Position numbers and translations under genes: made by a program
Virus record (IMG/VR): IMGVR_UViG_3300032073_000008
Span: 1 to 64,000 of that record
DNA length: 64,000 bases
Direction: 5' to 3' (one strand)
Source of the DNA: a virus
Notes under the pieces: model-generated
The model's database searches: none
Told to the model about the DNA's origin: nothing
The model's input: only the letters and a program-made list of their open reading frames with translations
Shown here: positions 9,529 to 18,569 of the stretch, piece after piece
How positions within the stretch are numbered: the first letter of the stretch is position 1
Layout of the letters: every line of letters begins with the position of its first letter

Positions 9529-10752
9529 TTAATTCCAGCCTTTTAAATAGTTGTCAGAAAAGTTAGCATGACTAAATTGCATTCTATTCACTAGCTTGAG
9601 TGCACTGCCATCGTTATCAATAGCAACATAACCTTCTGGAGCAGTTACTTGGAACCCATCCTTTGTTCTGAGTAGTGTATCAATATTGCTTGCTTGATCC
9701 ATCTTACTAATAATCATCTCTTTAGCATCAATCAATTCATTCATTAACAAGAAGATGCTTTCAAGATTCTTAACATTAGCATTAGAAAAGAACTTTAGTA
9801 TCTCATCACGCTTATCAGTCTGGACTTTCTTACCCTTTGGTGTCTTGCGTTTATCAGCTTCTTTGGCATAAAACCCAGTAATGTGATTCACGAGATCCTT
9901 AACATGTGATTTTACATTTGTAATCTTTTGTCCTGCTCTCACTTTAGTATTAAAGTGGACTGTAATCTGACGAATCAACTCTGGGTTCTCAGAGATAGCA
10001 TTCATTGTTTTAGCGTCCAACTTTCTGAATATCTTACCAGCATTACTAATGTATTTGGTCACTTCTTTGTTTTCTTTAGCAGTGAATGTAGCTTTACCAG
10101 ACACATCAGTGAACTCGGGATCAACATACCAAACGTCTTTAGATGGTCTTAGCTTTTCAGATATCTTCTGACCGAATGATGCTTTCATTGTCTCAAATGA
10201 CGAGCCACTGTATACAGTATGCCACACAATACCAATCTTAGCTGAACGGATAGACTTACCCATTTCTGATTTACTTGGTACAGAGTACACAATTGTGTTT
10301 GGGTGGAATGTTGTAACTTTCTCACCATCTATTGTTTCACTTTTCAAGTCACTTTTGCTGAATAGGAAGTCCCCTTGTAACACTCCAGTGATTCCAAGAT
10401 CTGGTAAATGTTTCAGAGCGAGTTTTAACTTAACTGCCAAATCACCGCTAGTGTCATCATCTACCTCTGCAGCAGTCTTGTAGATTTTAGGGTTTTTATT
10501 AAAGACTCCTTTTTTCGCCACAAAAAACTCGCCATCGCGTGGATCTTGTCCAGCAAATATAGCAGGAGCACCATCCCACTTAACAGTAGTAGAGACACCC
10601 CGAGAAGAACTGCCCGAAAGCATATCACGCATACTGCGTAAAAGGTTAATAGCTTGTCTTGCACCTGTCACACCCCCATAGAGTACAGCATCTTCAAGAT
10701 GCGTCATGTGTGTATTTTTTTGTTCAATTAAGAAACTGCTAAACTTTTTCAT
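9529..10752 (-). CDS. Conserved T4-like protein with ligase-type nucleotidyltransferase motifs (DUF6267-like), probable internal head protein
   Basis: TVKWDGAPA (KxDG), QGD, EGYV, KLV; N-terminus MKKFSSFLIE resembles the T4 capsid-targeting sequence. Confidence 0.6.
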   Translation of the reverse strand: MKKFSSFLIEQKNTHMTHLEDAVLYGGVTGARQAINLLRSMRDMLSGSSSRGVSTTVKWDGAPAIFAGQDPRDGEFFVAKKGVFNKNPKIYKTAAEVDDDTSGDLAVKLKLALKHLPDLGITGVLQGDFLFSKSDLKSETIDGEKVTTFHPNTIVYSVPSKSEMGKSIRSAKIGIVWHTVYSGSSFETMKASFGQKISEKLRPSKDVWYVDPEFTDVSGKATFTAKENKEVTKYISNAGKIFRKLDAKTMNAISENPELIRQITVHFNTKVRAGQKITNVKSHVKDLVNHITGFYAKEADKRKTPKGKKVQTDKRDEILKFFSNANVKNLESIFLLMNELIDAKEMIISKMDQASNIDTLLRTKDGFQVTAPEGYVAIDNDGSALKLVNRMQFSHANFSDNYLKGWN

Positions 10753-10753
10753 A

Positions 10754-12085
10754 TTAATATATCTTACAGTGGATTGATGAGAAGTCGTTTTTCTTGATAG
10801 CTGAATAATAACAGCTCTTTAGTACATCTGGATCACTTTCTGATAATATTTCTAGATAGTATGTCAGCCAAGCACCAGCTTTTAATTGTACTTCAGATGT
10901 GGGGAATGGTGATACTTTATCAATTACAAACGACTTCTTCAACAATTTAGGAAGTTTTGTGCTCAAGTATTTCATTGGATCATTCATGATTTTAGTCTTG
11001 TCAGACTTTATGTCGAACCCATTTTGAGAAGCGAGTTCAGGGAATAATTGCGCAGACACAGAGCCCAATTGGACATCAGCACCCTTCTGTCTGCCCTCAA
11101 GATAAATGCGGATATCTCCAACCTTTGAGATTGTGCCAGCCTTGTATCCAACACGCAAATTAAATCCACTAATGTTACCTTGAGTTTCGAAAATAAAATT
11201 CTTTTGGAATGGATCAAACAAAACACGCATTGGTGTTAATTCAACATCAGGGATATCAGATGTTGAAACAGTTTCAACTTTAGCAGTTTTGTTTTTAGAT
11301 ATCTTTTTAAGAGATACACCGATAATTTCTTTGCTTTCATACTTATCAGATAACCAAGCATTAAATTCAAGTAATGATGTTATGTCTTTTGTTTGTTTAA
11401 TTATCTGTGCTTTTGTAATCTTCATAACCCAGATGTCAGCAGGATTCCAGTTATCTTTTAAATCCTTTAGACCAAATCGTTTTGCTAGATTAAACAAAAC
11501 ATTAGAATCATTCTTTTCTGAGTCTAAGTATATTTTATGTTTTGGAAGATTACCGAAGTTTTTAGAGAATGCAATATATTGTTGCTCAAAATTATGCATC
11601 CATTCTGGACTGAAATCAAACCCCACTGCTGAAGACACTTGCTTCAGTGTTGGCTTCTTACCTTTAAATGCACCTTCAAAGTATGAGATTGTACCAGCTT
11701 CTTGTTCTGCTGTTGTTGGGTTTGCTACTGTCTGTCCTTTCTTTGGTAGACGACCACTACCACGCATTCCACCTGAAGGAACAAGAGCAATGTTAACAAG
11801 TTTAGATGAAACATATTTTTCACCTTTAGGCATGAAGCCATAACCTGACAAGTCTTTATGTACCGCAAGTTTGGGAATAAGTTTTTTGTCAGTGATCTTT
11901 ATCATCAACTGTGTCTTTGCTTTTTTAAAGTCATACTTTGGTTCGATATATACAACATCATCATCAGCATGCTTTTTGAGACGAGTTATGAATCTTTTCA
12001 ATTCAGGATTCATAGCTGTAGGAAGGTGTTCGTATCCGAGCCACAGTTTTGTAGACTCCACTAGATACTCTCCGAATTTATACAT
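10754..12085 (-). CDS. Probable PD-(D/E)xK-fold nuclease-like internal head protein
   Basis: T..QE, WNPADIW and IGVSLKK motifs; CTS-like N-terminus MYKFGEYLVE; late promoter upstream. Confidence 0.5.
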   Translation of the reverse strand: MYKFGEYLVESTKLWLGYEHLPTAMNPELKRFITRLKKHADDDVVYIEPKYDFKKAKTQLMIKITDKKLIPKLAVHKDLSGYGFMPKGEKYVSSKLVNIALVPSGGMRGSGRLPKKGQTVANPTTAEQEAGTISYFEGAFKGKKPTLKQVSSAVGFDFSPEWMHNFEQQYIAFSKNFGNLPKHKIYLDSEKNDSNVLFNLAKRFGLKDLKDNWNPADIWVMKITKAQIIKQTKDITSLLEFNAWLSDKYESKEIIGVSLKKISKNKTAKVETVSTSDIPDVELTPMRVLFDPFQKNFIFETQGNISGFNLRVGYKAGTISKVGDIRIYLEGRQKGADVQLGSVSAQLFPELASQNGFDIKSDKTKIMNDPMKYLSTKLPKLLKKSFVIDKVSPFPTSEVQLKAGAWLTYYLEILSESDPDVLKSCYYSAIKKNDFSSIHCKIY

Positions 12086-12123
12086 TTGTCAACCTTTGTT
12101 TTGTCAAAAAGAATATTATATGT

Positions 12124-12131
12124 TATTTATA
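12124..12131 (-). promoter_or_regulatory. T4-type late promoter TATAAATA
   Basis: Exact match about 40 nt upstream of the ATG at 12085. Confidence 0.75.
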
Positions 12132-12150
12132 ATCCAAAGGCAATAGAAAA

Positions 12151-12229
12151 TGAGCATTTTAATGACATGCTCAGGTCATAGAGTTATGTGTGTGATGAGA
12201 GAGAGTGAGAGAGAGTTCACACACACAAC
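12151..12229 (-). ncRNA. Candidate structured RNA 3' of gp41: hairpin with CU-repeat loop plus H-type pseudoknot
   Basis: 13-bp stem GUUGUGUGUGUGA/UCACACACAUAAC closes loop ACUCUCUCUCACUCUCUCUCA; then AUGAC-C-UGAGCAU-GUCAU-UAAA-AUGCUCA, two interleaved stems, followed by UUUU. Confidence 0.55.
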
Positions 12230-12230
12230 A

Positions 12231-13658
12231 TTATACTTTCAATCCTCCGAAGTTTTTACGACCCATCTTTTTGGTTGCCCACTTCATTTGATCATCTTCT
12301 TTAGCCCTAGACCCAAACTCTGAGTTATCAAATACTGGTCCAGTGTCACCACTATCGGAAAGACCCTCTTGAGCAGTTTGCTCAACATCATACAACCTCA
12401 TCTTAGCACGATCAATACCAACCATAAACCTTTTATGTGTACTTGGATCACCATAACGATTTTTTAACTGTTTCACCATTATCTGCCCAAGCTCATCTAA
12501 CTCTTCTGTAACAATCAATGCAGCCATAAAATCAGCAGTTGCTGGTAGACCAAACGATTCAGAAGTATCAGTCAACTCAATATCACTGCTACCATATCCA
12601 CTACGAGTTGTTTGTGTAGCTGATACAATAGGAACATTTTGTTCAACAGCCAAACCACGCATCTCCTCAGCAATGGCTTTGATCAGAGTATATGAGTTAA
12701 TGTTTGCACCAGCACGAACTCTTGAAGAACTGCATATGTTTAGATAATCAACATAGATGATATCAGGTGTAAATGATTTCTTTAATTTCATCTCATTCAG
12801 TAGATGACGAAAATGACCAACACCAGCAGATGCAGTTGGATATTCTTTTATAATTAATTTGCCAGATGTCTTACCTTTAACTCTTTCTATTTTCTTTTCA
12901 TACATACTTTTAGATAATGCTTTTAAATTATCTAGTGTGACATTAAGTAAGTTGGCATCAATACGCTCAGCAATCTTTTCTTCAGCCATCTCCATAGTGA
13001 TGTATAAAACATTCTTGCCATCCATTAGATTAGCCGAAGCCATATGACACATAGCCAAAGACTTACCAGCACCAGTACCTGCCATGAGTATGTTCAAAGA
13101 TTTACGAGGCAACCCACCTTGTGTGATCTTGTTCATATAATCAAGGTCAAAGGGAACACGCTCTTCTTTGCGGTGATAAAACTCAAACCGTTCTTCAGCA
13201 TCTTCAACAAAATCATGACCAATGTTAGGATCAAATGAAACGCTTAGAGCATCAGACAACAACTCAGGTATTGCTCCTTTGTCTTGCTTCTGCCCTTTAG
13301 TTTGATCGAGTATACTGATGCTTTCCATTATGGCATTATATACAGCTTTTTCTTGACAGAACTTCTCAGTTGTATTAATTAACCACTCAGGATCTTCAGC
13401 TTGCTCAACAGATAGTGATGAAATATATTCACCACATTCTTTGAATTCACTATCTGAAAGATTCGTCTGTTGATCAAGTTCAATAACAAGTGCCTCTTTA
13501 GTTGGCACAGTATTAAACTTGTTTATGAAATGATCTATTTGTTCATAGACCGCACGCTCAACACGATCACTGAAGTATTCAGATTTTAGATAGGGGAGTG
13601 TTCTCCTAGCATAATCCTCATCATTCAGTAGGTGTCTCAGTATCAGTTGTTCCTGCAT
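12231..13658 (-). CDS. gp41: Replicative DNA helicase (DnaB-like)
   Basis: AGTGAGKS Walker A, YITMEMAEE, VDYLNI, SATQTTR, SESFGLPATAD, KNRY. Confidence 0.95.
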   Translation of the reverse strand: MQEQLILRHLLNDEDYARRTLPYLKSEYFSDRVERAVYEQIDHFINKFNTVPTKEALVIELDQQTNLSDSEFKECGEYISSLSVEQAEDPEWLINTTEKFCQEKAVYNAIMESISILDQTKGQKQDKGAIPELLSDALSVSFDPNIGHDFVEDAEERFEFYHRKEERVPFDLDYMNKITQGGLPRKSLNILMAGTGAGKSLAMCHMASANLMDGKNVLYITMEMAEEKIAERIDANLLNVTLDNLKALSKSMYEKKIERVKGKTSGKLIIKEYPTASAGVGHFRHLLNEMKLKKSFTPDIIYVDYLNICSSSRVRAGANINSYTLIKAIAEEMRGLAVEQNVPIVSATQTTRSGYGSSDIELTDTSESFGLPATADFMAALIVTEELDELGQIMVKQLKNRYGDPSTHKRFMVGIDRAKMRLYDVEQTAQEGLSDSGDTGPVFDNSEFGSRAKEDDQMKWATKKMGRKNFGGLKV

Positions 13659-13935
13659 TATCTACGCTCTCTCTCAATTGTTGTTCAATAATATCGACAA
13701 GTATGTCTCCCATTATACTAATTGCTTCTTCAGAAGTCAAGTCAACATCTGTGGGGTTATCAATAGTGATTGTATTGTAGTCAAGTACAGCTTGACCATC
13801 TTCTTCTCTTTCATGAAAAGATACAGTGTCATACTGATAAGTGAGTCCCTCACAACTACCTTCCAGCACCTTAACAGCCCAATGATCTGCATGGAATCCT
13901 TCTGGCGATTCTACTAAATCATATTTAACTGACAT
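13621..13935 (-). CDS. Small acidic protein, positional equivalent of T4 gp40
   Basis: 104 aa between uvsX and gp41, matching the T4 order uvsX-40-41; sequence identity not verified. Confidence 0.45.
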   Translation of the reverse strand: MSVKYDLVESPEGFHADHWAVKVLEGSCEGLTYQYDTVSFHEREEDGQAVLDYNTITIDNPTDVDLTSEEAISIMGDILVDIIEQQLRESVDNAGTTDTETPTE

Positions 13936-14974
13936 TTTCTATATCCTCTTGAGGTGTTTCATCAATACCAACCTGACCATACTTAAACTCTTTGGCTGCA
14001 GCCACTTCAAGCTGTTCCATAATCTCAGGAGTAAAATACTTCTCAGGGTCGTTGTTTATTGCTTTACCAAACACCTTACTTCCATCAGGTAATTCATAGC
14101 GTGTCGATACTTTCTTGATGATGTTATATTTTTCAGCAAGATCAAGTAGACCATAATAACGATCAAGACCACTATCATATGATAACTTCACTTCAACCTT
14201 TTTCTGTTCTTTAGTGAAGCGAGACTTATGCATGGTTGCTTTGATAATGTTACCAACAACATCAGTGCCATCTTTATCTTTCTTCTTACCTAACATAACA
14301 ATTGAAGATGCAGCATACTTCAAGCCACTACCACCGCTGATTTCTTTAGTCGGGATGTAAGCACCAACAACATCATAGACATGGTTTGTAACTAATAAAG
14401 GAACATTTGCTTTAGCTAATTTCAAAGACAATACACGGAAAGTACCACGCAACAACTGTGCTTTGGTCATATCTCGTTTGTCAGTACCAGCTTCAGTATC
14501 AGCCAACTCTTTATTAGAAGATAACATGCCGAGTGAATCAAGAACCATCATCATTGGGGGAGCATCTTTACCTTGATCAATGTAAGTGCTTAGAATACGA
14601 GTTGCGTTTGTACGAAACTCTTCAATAGAACATGGCTCAGAAATAACAACACGCTTTGTATCAATACCACGATCTTCCATCATCTGTTTTGTTACTGCAG
14701 CTTCAGTGTCAAAATATATGACACCACCATCTTTGTTATCATCTAAGAACTGTTTGAGCACACCCAAAACAAAGAATGTTTTACCAGTAGCAGATTCACC
14801 AGCAAACGCTGTAATTTTATTATTAGGCACACCACCATACAGACTACCAGACACAGCAGCATTCAAAATATATGATCCTGTGTCTATAGAGCCTGAAAAC
14901 TCGGAACTGTTTGCACCTTCATCAAGGAGTGATGTATTATCGATCCCCTTTACCATATCAGTTAAAAAACTCAT
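13925..14974 (-). CDS. uvsX: RecA-like recombinase UvsX
   Basis: GESATGKT, YFDTEAA, VLDSLG, VTNHVY, GGSGLKYAAS. Confidence 0.95.
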   Translation of the reverse strand: MSFLTDMVKGIDNTSLLDEGANSSEFSGSIDTGSYILNAAVSGSLYGGVPNNKITAFAGESATGKTFFVLGVLKQFLDDNKDGGVIYFDTEAAVTKQMMEDRGIDTKRVVISEPCSIEEFRTNATRILSTYIDQGKDAPPMMMVLDSLGMLSSNKELADTEAGTDKRDMTKAQLLRGTFRVLSLKLAKANVPLLVTNHVYDVVGAYIPTKEISGGSGLKYAASSIVMLGKKKDKDGTDVVGNIIKATMHKSRFTKEQKKVEVKLSYDSGLDRYYGLLDLAEKYNIIKKVSTRYELPDGSKVFGKAINNDPEKYFTPEIMEQLEVAAAKEFKYGQVGIDETPQEDIENVS

Positions 14975-15004
14975 AACTCTTCCTCAATTAAAAAATATTG
15001 TATA

Positions 15005-15033
15005 ATTATATATCATAACATATAGAAAGTCAA
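15005..15033 (-). promoter_or_regulatory. Sigma70-type promoter for uvsX-gp41
   Basis: TTGACT-N17-TATAAT. Confidence 0.75.
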
Positions 15034-15039
15034 TAACAA

Positions 15040-15303
15040 TTAGCTATTGTAGATCTTATCAATCAGATCACTAAACTCTTCCAATTTATTATTTCTATTT
15101 GGCCAATAGATGTAATCTTTTTCTGGATTTTTAGCCAGATTGTTTAGGAGCGGTTTGAATGTATTGTATAGATCAATACACTTTGCTTCCCATGTATCAG
15201 CAGTTTCTGCAGCTTTAGTTGCTTGTGTGCTTGCCTGCTGGACAACATCTAATTCATCTTCAGTGACGGCTGTGAAGCCAAAATCAAAATCGAAGTCACT
15301 CAT
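15040..15303 (-). CDS. Conserved hypothetical protein
   Basis: FDFGFTAV...LLNNLAKNPEKDYIYWPNR; GAGG RBS. Confidence 0.7.
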   Translation of the reverse strand: MSDFDFDFGFTAVTEDELDVVQQASTQATKAAETADTWEAKCIDLYNTFKPLLNNLAKNPEKDYIYWPNRNNKLEEFSDLIDKIYNS

Positions 15304-15315
15304 TTGTATTTCCTC

Positions 15316-16410
15316 TTATGCAAAAAAACTTTCTAACGAACTTTTCTTTTCAGACTGCCATCCAACCGACTTCAGAATATACTTTAGTGGTTCAAGGAAT
15401 GCTTTCTGAAACTGCAATTCGCGGTCTATGTAGGAGTTTAACTCAAATTCTTTGGGCAGTGTTGTCATAACACTGATGATATTTTGCCTTGTTGGATTAG
15501 GCAATTTCAAATAACAAAACTTAATCTTCTCACCATCTTTGATGGACTCATATTTTTTGGTGAGCTTCATATCACGAAGCATATGATTATATACCAACCC
15601 ACCACGAACATGAATTGGTGTTCCTTTAGGAATTGTCAGCTCATCACCCAATACTGTATACTTATTCAAATCAGAAATTGAACGAGGAAAGGCAATGTCC
15701 TCGAAGCTGAAAGTATCAAACTTTTCTCTGAATTCAGAAATATAACTCTGCACTTCATCTTCACCTTTTGTCATAATAATCTTGATGGCTTCTTTCAAAG
15801 CATCACGACAGACTGCTGGTGTTGATGACTTAACAGTCTCAATACCCATCATCTTCAATTGCGGTTCAGCATAACGCACACCCTCATTATCATACACATT
15901 CATCATGTAGCGTTTCTTAGCAGTCCAGATAGCTTTATCTGCAATCGCTTCACGCTTCATAAACATCTTTTGGGAATATGCGTTTGTTAGGTGTGCCAGC
16001 TCTTCATAACTTTTATCAATAAAAGGTTCCAACTTCTCAGCTGCAACTTTGTCCAAGAAATTGACGACTTTGACAGCATCACTTCCCTCTTCAAAGCATT
16101 TGCGTACAAGTTTGTCGAGATTGACATAAATTGAATCTGTGTCCGACGCAATAACATAATCAACTTCGTCTGTATCCAAGATCTTGTTGAGATATTCATT
16201 TACTCTCCTTTCAATCCATCTAATTGCTAACTGACCAGACAATGTAATTGCCTCTGCCTTTCGTACATCAAAGAATCGAAAGTATTTATTACCGACTGCA
16301 CCATAAGCTGAGTTGAGCTGAACCTTTTTTGCAAGTTGAAGATTCTTGTACTTGCTTATATCTTTAACAAGTTGCTTCTTCCGTTCAAGAAGTTCAGCTC
16401 TTTCAGTCAT
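15316..16410 (-). CDS. gp43B: Family B DNA polymerase, C-terminal subunit (split gp43)
   Basis: KVQLNSAYG (motif B), SDTDS (motif C), KKRY, GIETVKSSTP, C-terminal clamp-binding SLESFF. Confidence 0.93.
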   Translation of the reverse strand: MTERAELLERKKQLVKDISKYKNLQLAKKVQLNSAYGAVGNKYFRFFDVRKAEAITLSGQLAIRWIERRVNEYLNKILDTDEVDYVIASDTDSIYVNLDKLVRKCFEEGSDAVKVVNFLDKVAAEKLEPFIDKSYEELAHLTNAYSQKMFMKREAIADKAIWTAKKRYMMNVYDNEGVRYAEPQLKMMGIETVKSSTPAVCRDALKEAIKIIMTKGEDEVQSYISEFREKFDTFSFEDIAFPRSISDLNKYTVLGDELTIPKGTPIHVRGGLVYNHMLRDMKLTKKYESIKDGEKIKFCYLKLPNPTRQNIISVMTTLPKEFELNSYIDRELQFQKAFLEPLKYILKSVGWQSEKKSSLESFFA

Positions 16411-16682
16411 TATACTACAATCCCGCTTGTTGCTTGAATATATGCTTTCTCAACATCTTCATTGGTTTCAGTCATGAATACTGTTCCACCAGTATAGAAA
16501 GAAACTGAGTCAACATTTGCTTTACCTGTCGCACAAACGCCATGAGCAAATCCCATACCCTGCTCGCCATGGACAAGCATGCGTGGATCTTTGATAACAA
16601 TACTAGCATCTGTTTCTTCTTCAAACTTACCAACAAACTCTCCAGTGAGAGTTACTAATGAAACTACAGTTCCTTTCTTCAT
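16410..16682 (-). CDS. Small Sm/Hfq-like beta-barrel protein inserted between the gp43 halves
   Basis: 90 aa (VVSLVTLTGEFVGKF...IVIKDPRML...Y..ATSGIV); ATGA overlap with gp43A and TAATG overlap with gp43B. Fold is inferred. Confidence 0.7.
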   Translation of the reverse strand: MKKGTVVSLVTLTGEFVGKFEEETDASIVIKDPRMLVHGEQGMGFAHGVCATGKANVDSVSFYTGGTVFMTETNEDVEKAYIQATSGIVV

Positions 16683-18133
16683 AATTCTAATAACCTTTTG
16701 TTTATCTGTTCAAGTTCAGTCTGTGCTTCAAGCATTTTTTGCTTATAGCCCACACGCTCATTATACATCTTCTCCATCATCTCAGGCAAGAAACCTTGCT
16801 TGTCTTTTCTGAAGTATCTACCATTACCAGCCATAGCGAAACCATCTGGTGGTGTTTGTATATCACGATCAATTATATCCTCAACCGTGACATTTGTCAA
16901 CCACTCATCTTCAACAAATGTTTCGGGTGATATATTGTACTGCATGATAAGGTGAGGATATAGTGAGTTCAAATCAAAACTCATAACCCAATCATGCATA
17001 CCAACATGCGGATCTTTCACATAAGCACCAGCAAACTGAGAGTTTTTGATTGATTCGCTTTTTGGTGGTATGACAATATTCTTTGACATGAGATAATTAT
17101 GTATAAGAACATCCCACATTGTAACTTGAGTGAAGACATCGTTGTAGTTCACTTTGGCATCATAAGCAATCGCCAACGCACCTTCAATCAGCTTCATCTT
17201 ATCTTCAAGCCTATCAACAAGCTCAACATCCTTTATGTTATAGTCAATAAACTTTTTGTAATCTAGTTTGTAGAGTTGATTCAAGTTATCATACTCTGAA
17301 TAATCAATCTTCTTTTCGCCCAACTCAACTTCACCTATATGATCAAGACGATATGATTCCTGCTGTGAATATGTAAACTTCTTATACAGCTGGAGATAAT
17401 CAAGCAAAGCAATCCCAGTCAACTCATAGATTGTCTCTTCACGATTAAAGTTCCGAATGGTACGCTCTTTGATCCATCCATAAGGTGATAAACGCTTAAC
17501 AAACTTTTCATCAAATAATCTGCCAATACGGTTTACAAGATATGGAATATCAAAACCCTCAATGTTCCACCCAGTAACAATATCAGGATCAAGTCTTTGC
17601 CACAAAGCAACAAAGGCTGATAATAATTTCTTCTCATCTCGACAGTTTATGTAGCTGACATTATCCTTTCCGCTGTCATCATACTCACCAACACCCATTA
17701 CATAATATTGACGCTTACCGTTGCGTGTTAAGGATAGTGTGATTGCTGTAACTTCTTGATCAGCTTTTTCTGGAGCAGGGAATCCATCATCAGAGGCAAC
17801 CTCAATATCGATATTAGCAATACGAATAACATCTGTGTCATACTCGCTACCAAATCGCTCATTGACACAAACATGTGCCCATTTAGTTGAGCCATAGATC
17901 TTGAAGTTCGACACACCCTCATATTTTTGTACGAAATAACCAGCTTCACGAATATCACCAAGAGCGACTTCTTCAACATAGTCGCCCTCTAATGTTTTCC
18001 ATTTAGTTGGTTTTGGTGACGGAACATACATTTTAGGATTGTAATCGATCTTATGATCAAATCGTCTGCCGTCTTGATATCCACGGATGTTTACTTTGTT
18101 CCCACGGACATGAGCATGAGTATAAAAATACAT
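16679..18133 (-). CDS. gp43A: Family B DNA polymerase, N-terminal subunit (exonuclease plus motif A)
   Basis: DIEV (ExoI), GWNIEGFDIPY (ExoII), YNIKDV (ExoIII), SFDLNSLYP (motif A); stops in the fingers helix. Confidence 0.93.
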   Translation of the reverse strand: MYFYTHAHVRGNKVNIRGYQDGRRFDHKIDYNPKMYVPSPKPTKWKTLEGDYVEEVALGDIREAGYFVQKYEGVSNFKIYGSTKWAHVCVNERFGSEYDTDVIRIANIDIEVASDDGFPAPEKADQEVTAITLSLTRNGKRQYYVMGVGEYDDSGKDNVSYINCRDEKKLLSAFVALWQRLDPDIVTGWNIEGFDIPYLVNRIGRLFDEKFVKRLSPYGWIKERTIRNFNREETIYELTGIALLDYLQLYKKFTYSQQESYRLDHIGEVELGEKKIDYSEYDNLNQLYKLDYKKFIDYNIKDVELVDRLEDKMKLIEGALAIAYDAKVNYNDVFTQVTMWDVLIHNYLMSKNIVIPPKSESIKNSQFAGAYVKDPHVGMHDWVMSFDLNSLYPHLIMQYNISPETFVEDEWLTNVTVEDIIDRDIQTPPDGFAMAGNGRYFRKDKQGFLPEMMEKMYNERVGYKQKMLEAQTELEQINKRLLEL

Positions 18134-18568
18134 TTAGTCTTCACCAACCTCTTCAATTTCAAGTTCACCGTGCATTACAACATTTGATTCTTCAGAATCA
18201 TATCCTTCCTCTTCAAGAAAGAAAAAACTATCTTCATCATATCCTTCTTGAAGAGCTTCCTTCTCATTATCGCTGAATTCACCAACAAAGTCAATGTCAA
18301 CTGAAATGCCATCCCATGTAGATTGAAACTCATGCTCTTCAAAATCATATGGCTCAAACTCATCGTCATCTTCAGCATACATTGCAGCTTCAAGAGCATC
18401 GACTTCATCTTTATCTTGTGGCGTAACATTAACAGTCCCATTTCGCCATAGTGTACTTATAATTATTTGTTGTTTTTGGTCATCACAATGAGTAAATGTC
18501 TCAGACTCTACGAAACATTTTTTGTATGCTGGCGAAACAGCATATGTTTTACCGATTTTTATTTCCAT
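18134..18568 (-). CDS. Acidic hypothetical protein (paralogue of 25962..26387)
   Basis: 144 aa with a GGAGAG RBS; shared N-terminal pattern. Confidence 0.65.
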   Translation of the reverse strand: MEIKIGKTYAVSPAYKKCFVESETFTHCDDQKQQIIISTLWRNGTVNVTPQDKDEVDALEAAMYAEDDDEFEPYDFEEHEFQSTWDGISVDIDFVGEFSDNEKEALQEGYDEDSFFFLEEEGYDSEESNVVMHGELEIEEVGED

Positions 18569-18569
18569 C

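Noticed and set aside
12183-12229. Plain microsatellite or CRISPR repeat
   Set aside because: No spacer array, and the TG and CA tracts form a precise inverted pair, so it is reported as an RNA structure.
16410-16682. Intein, group I intron or homing endonuclease in gp43
   Set aside because: No intein terminal residues and no LAGLIDADG/HNH/GIY-YIG motifs. The insert is fully occupied by a coupled ORF, leaving no room for an intron core.
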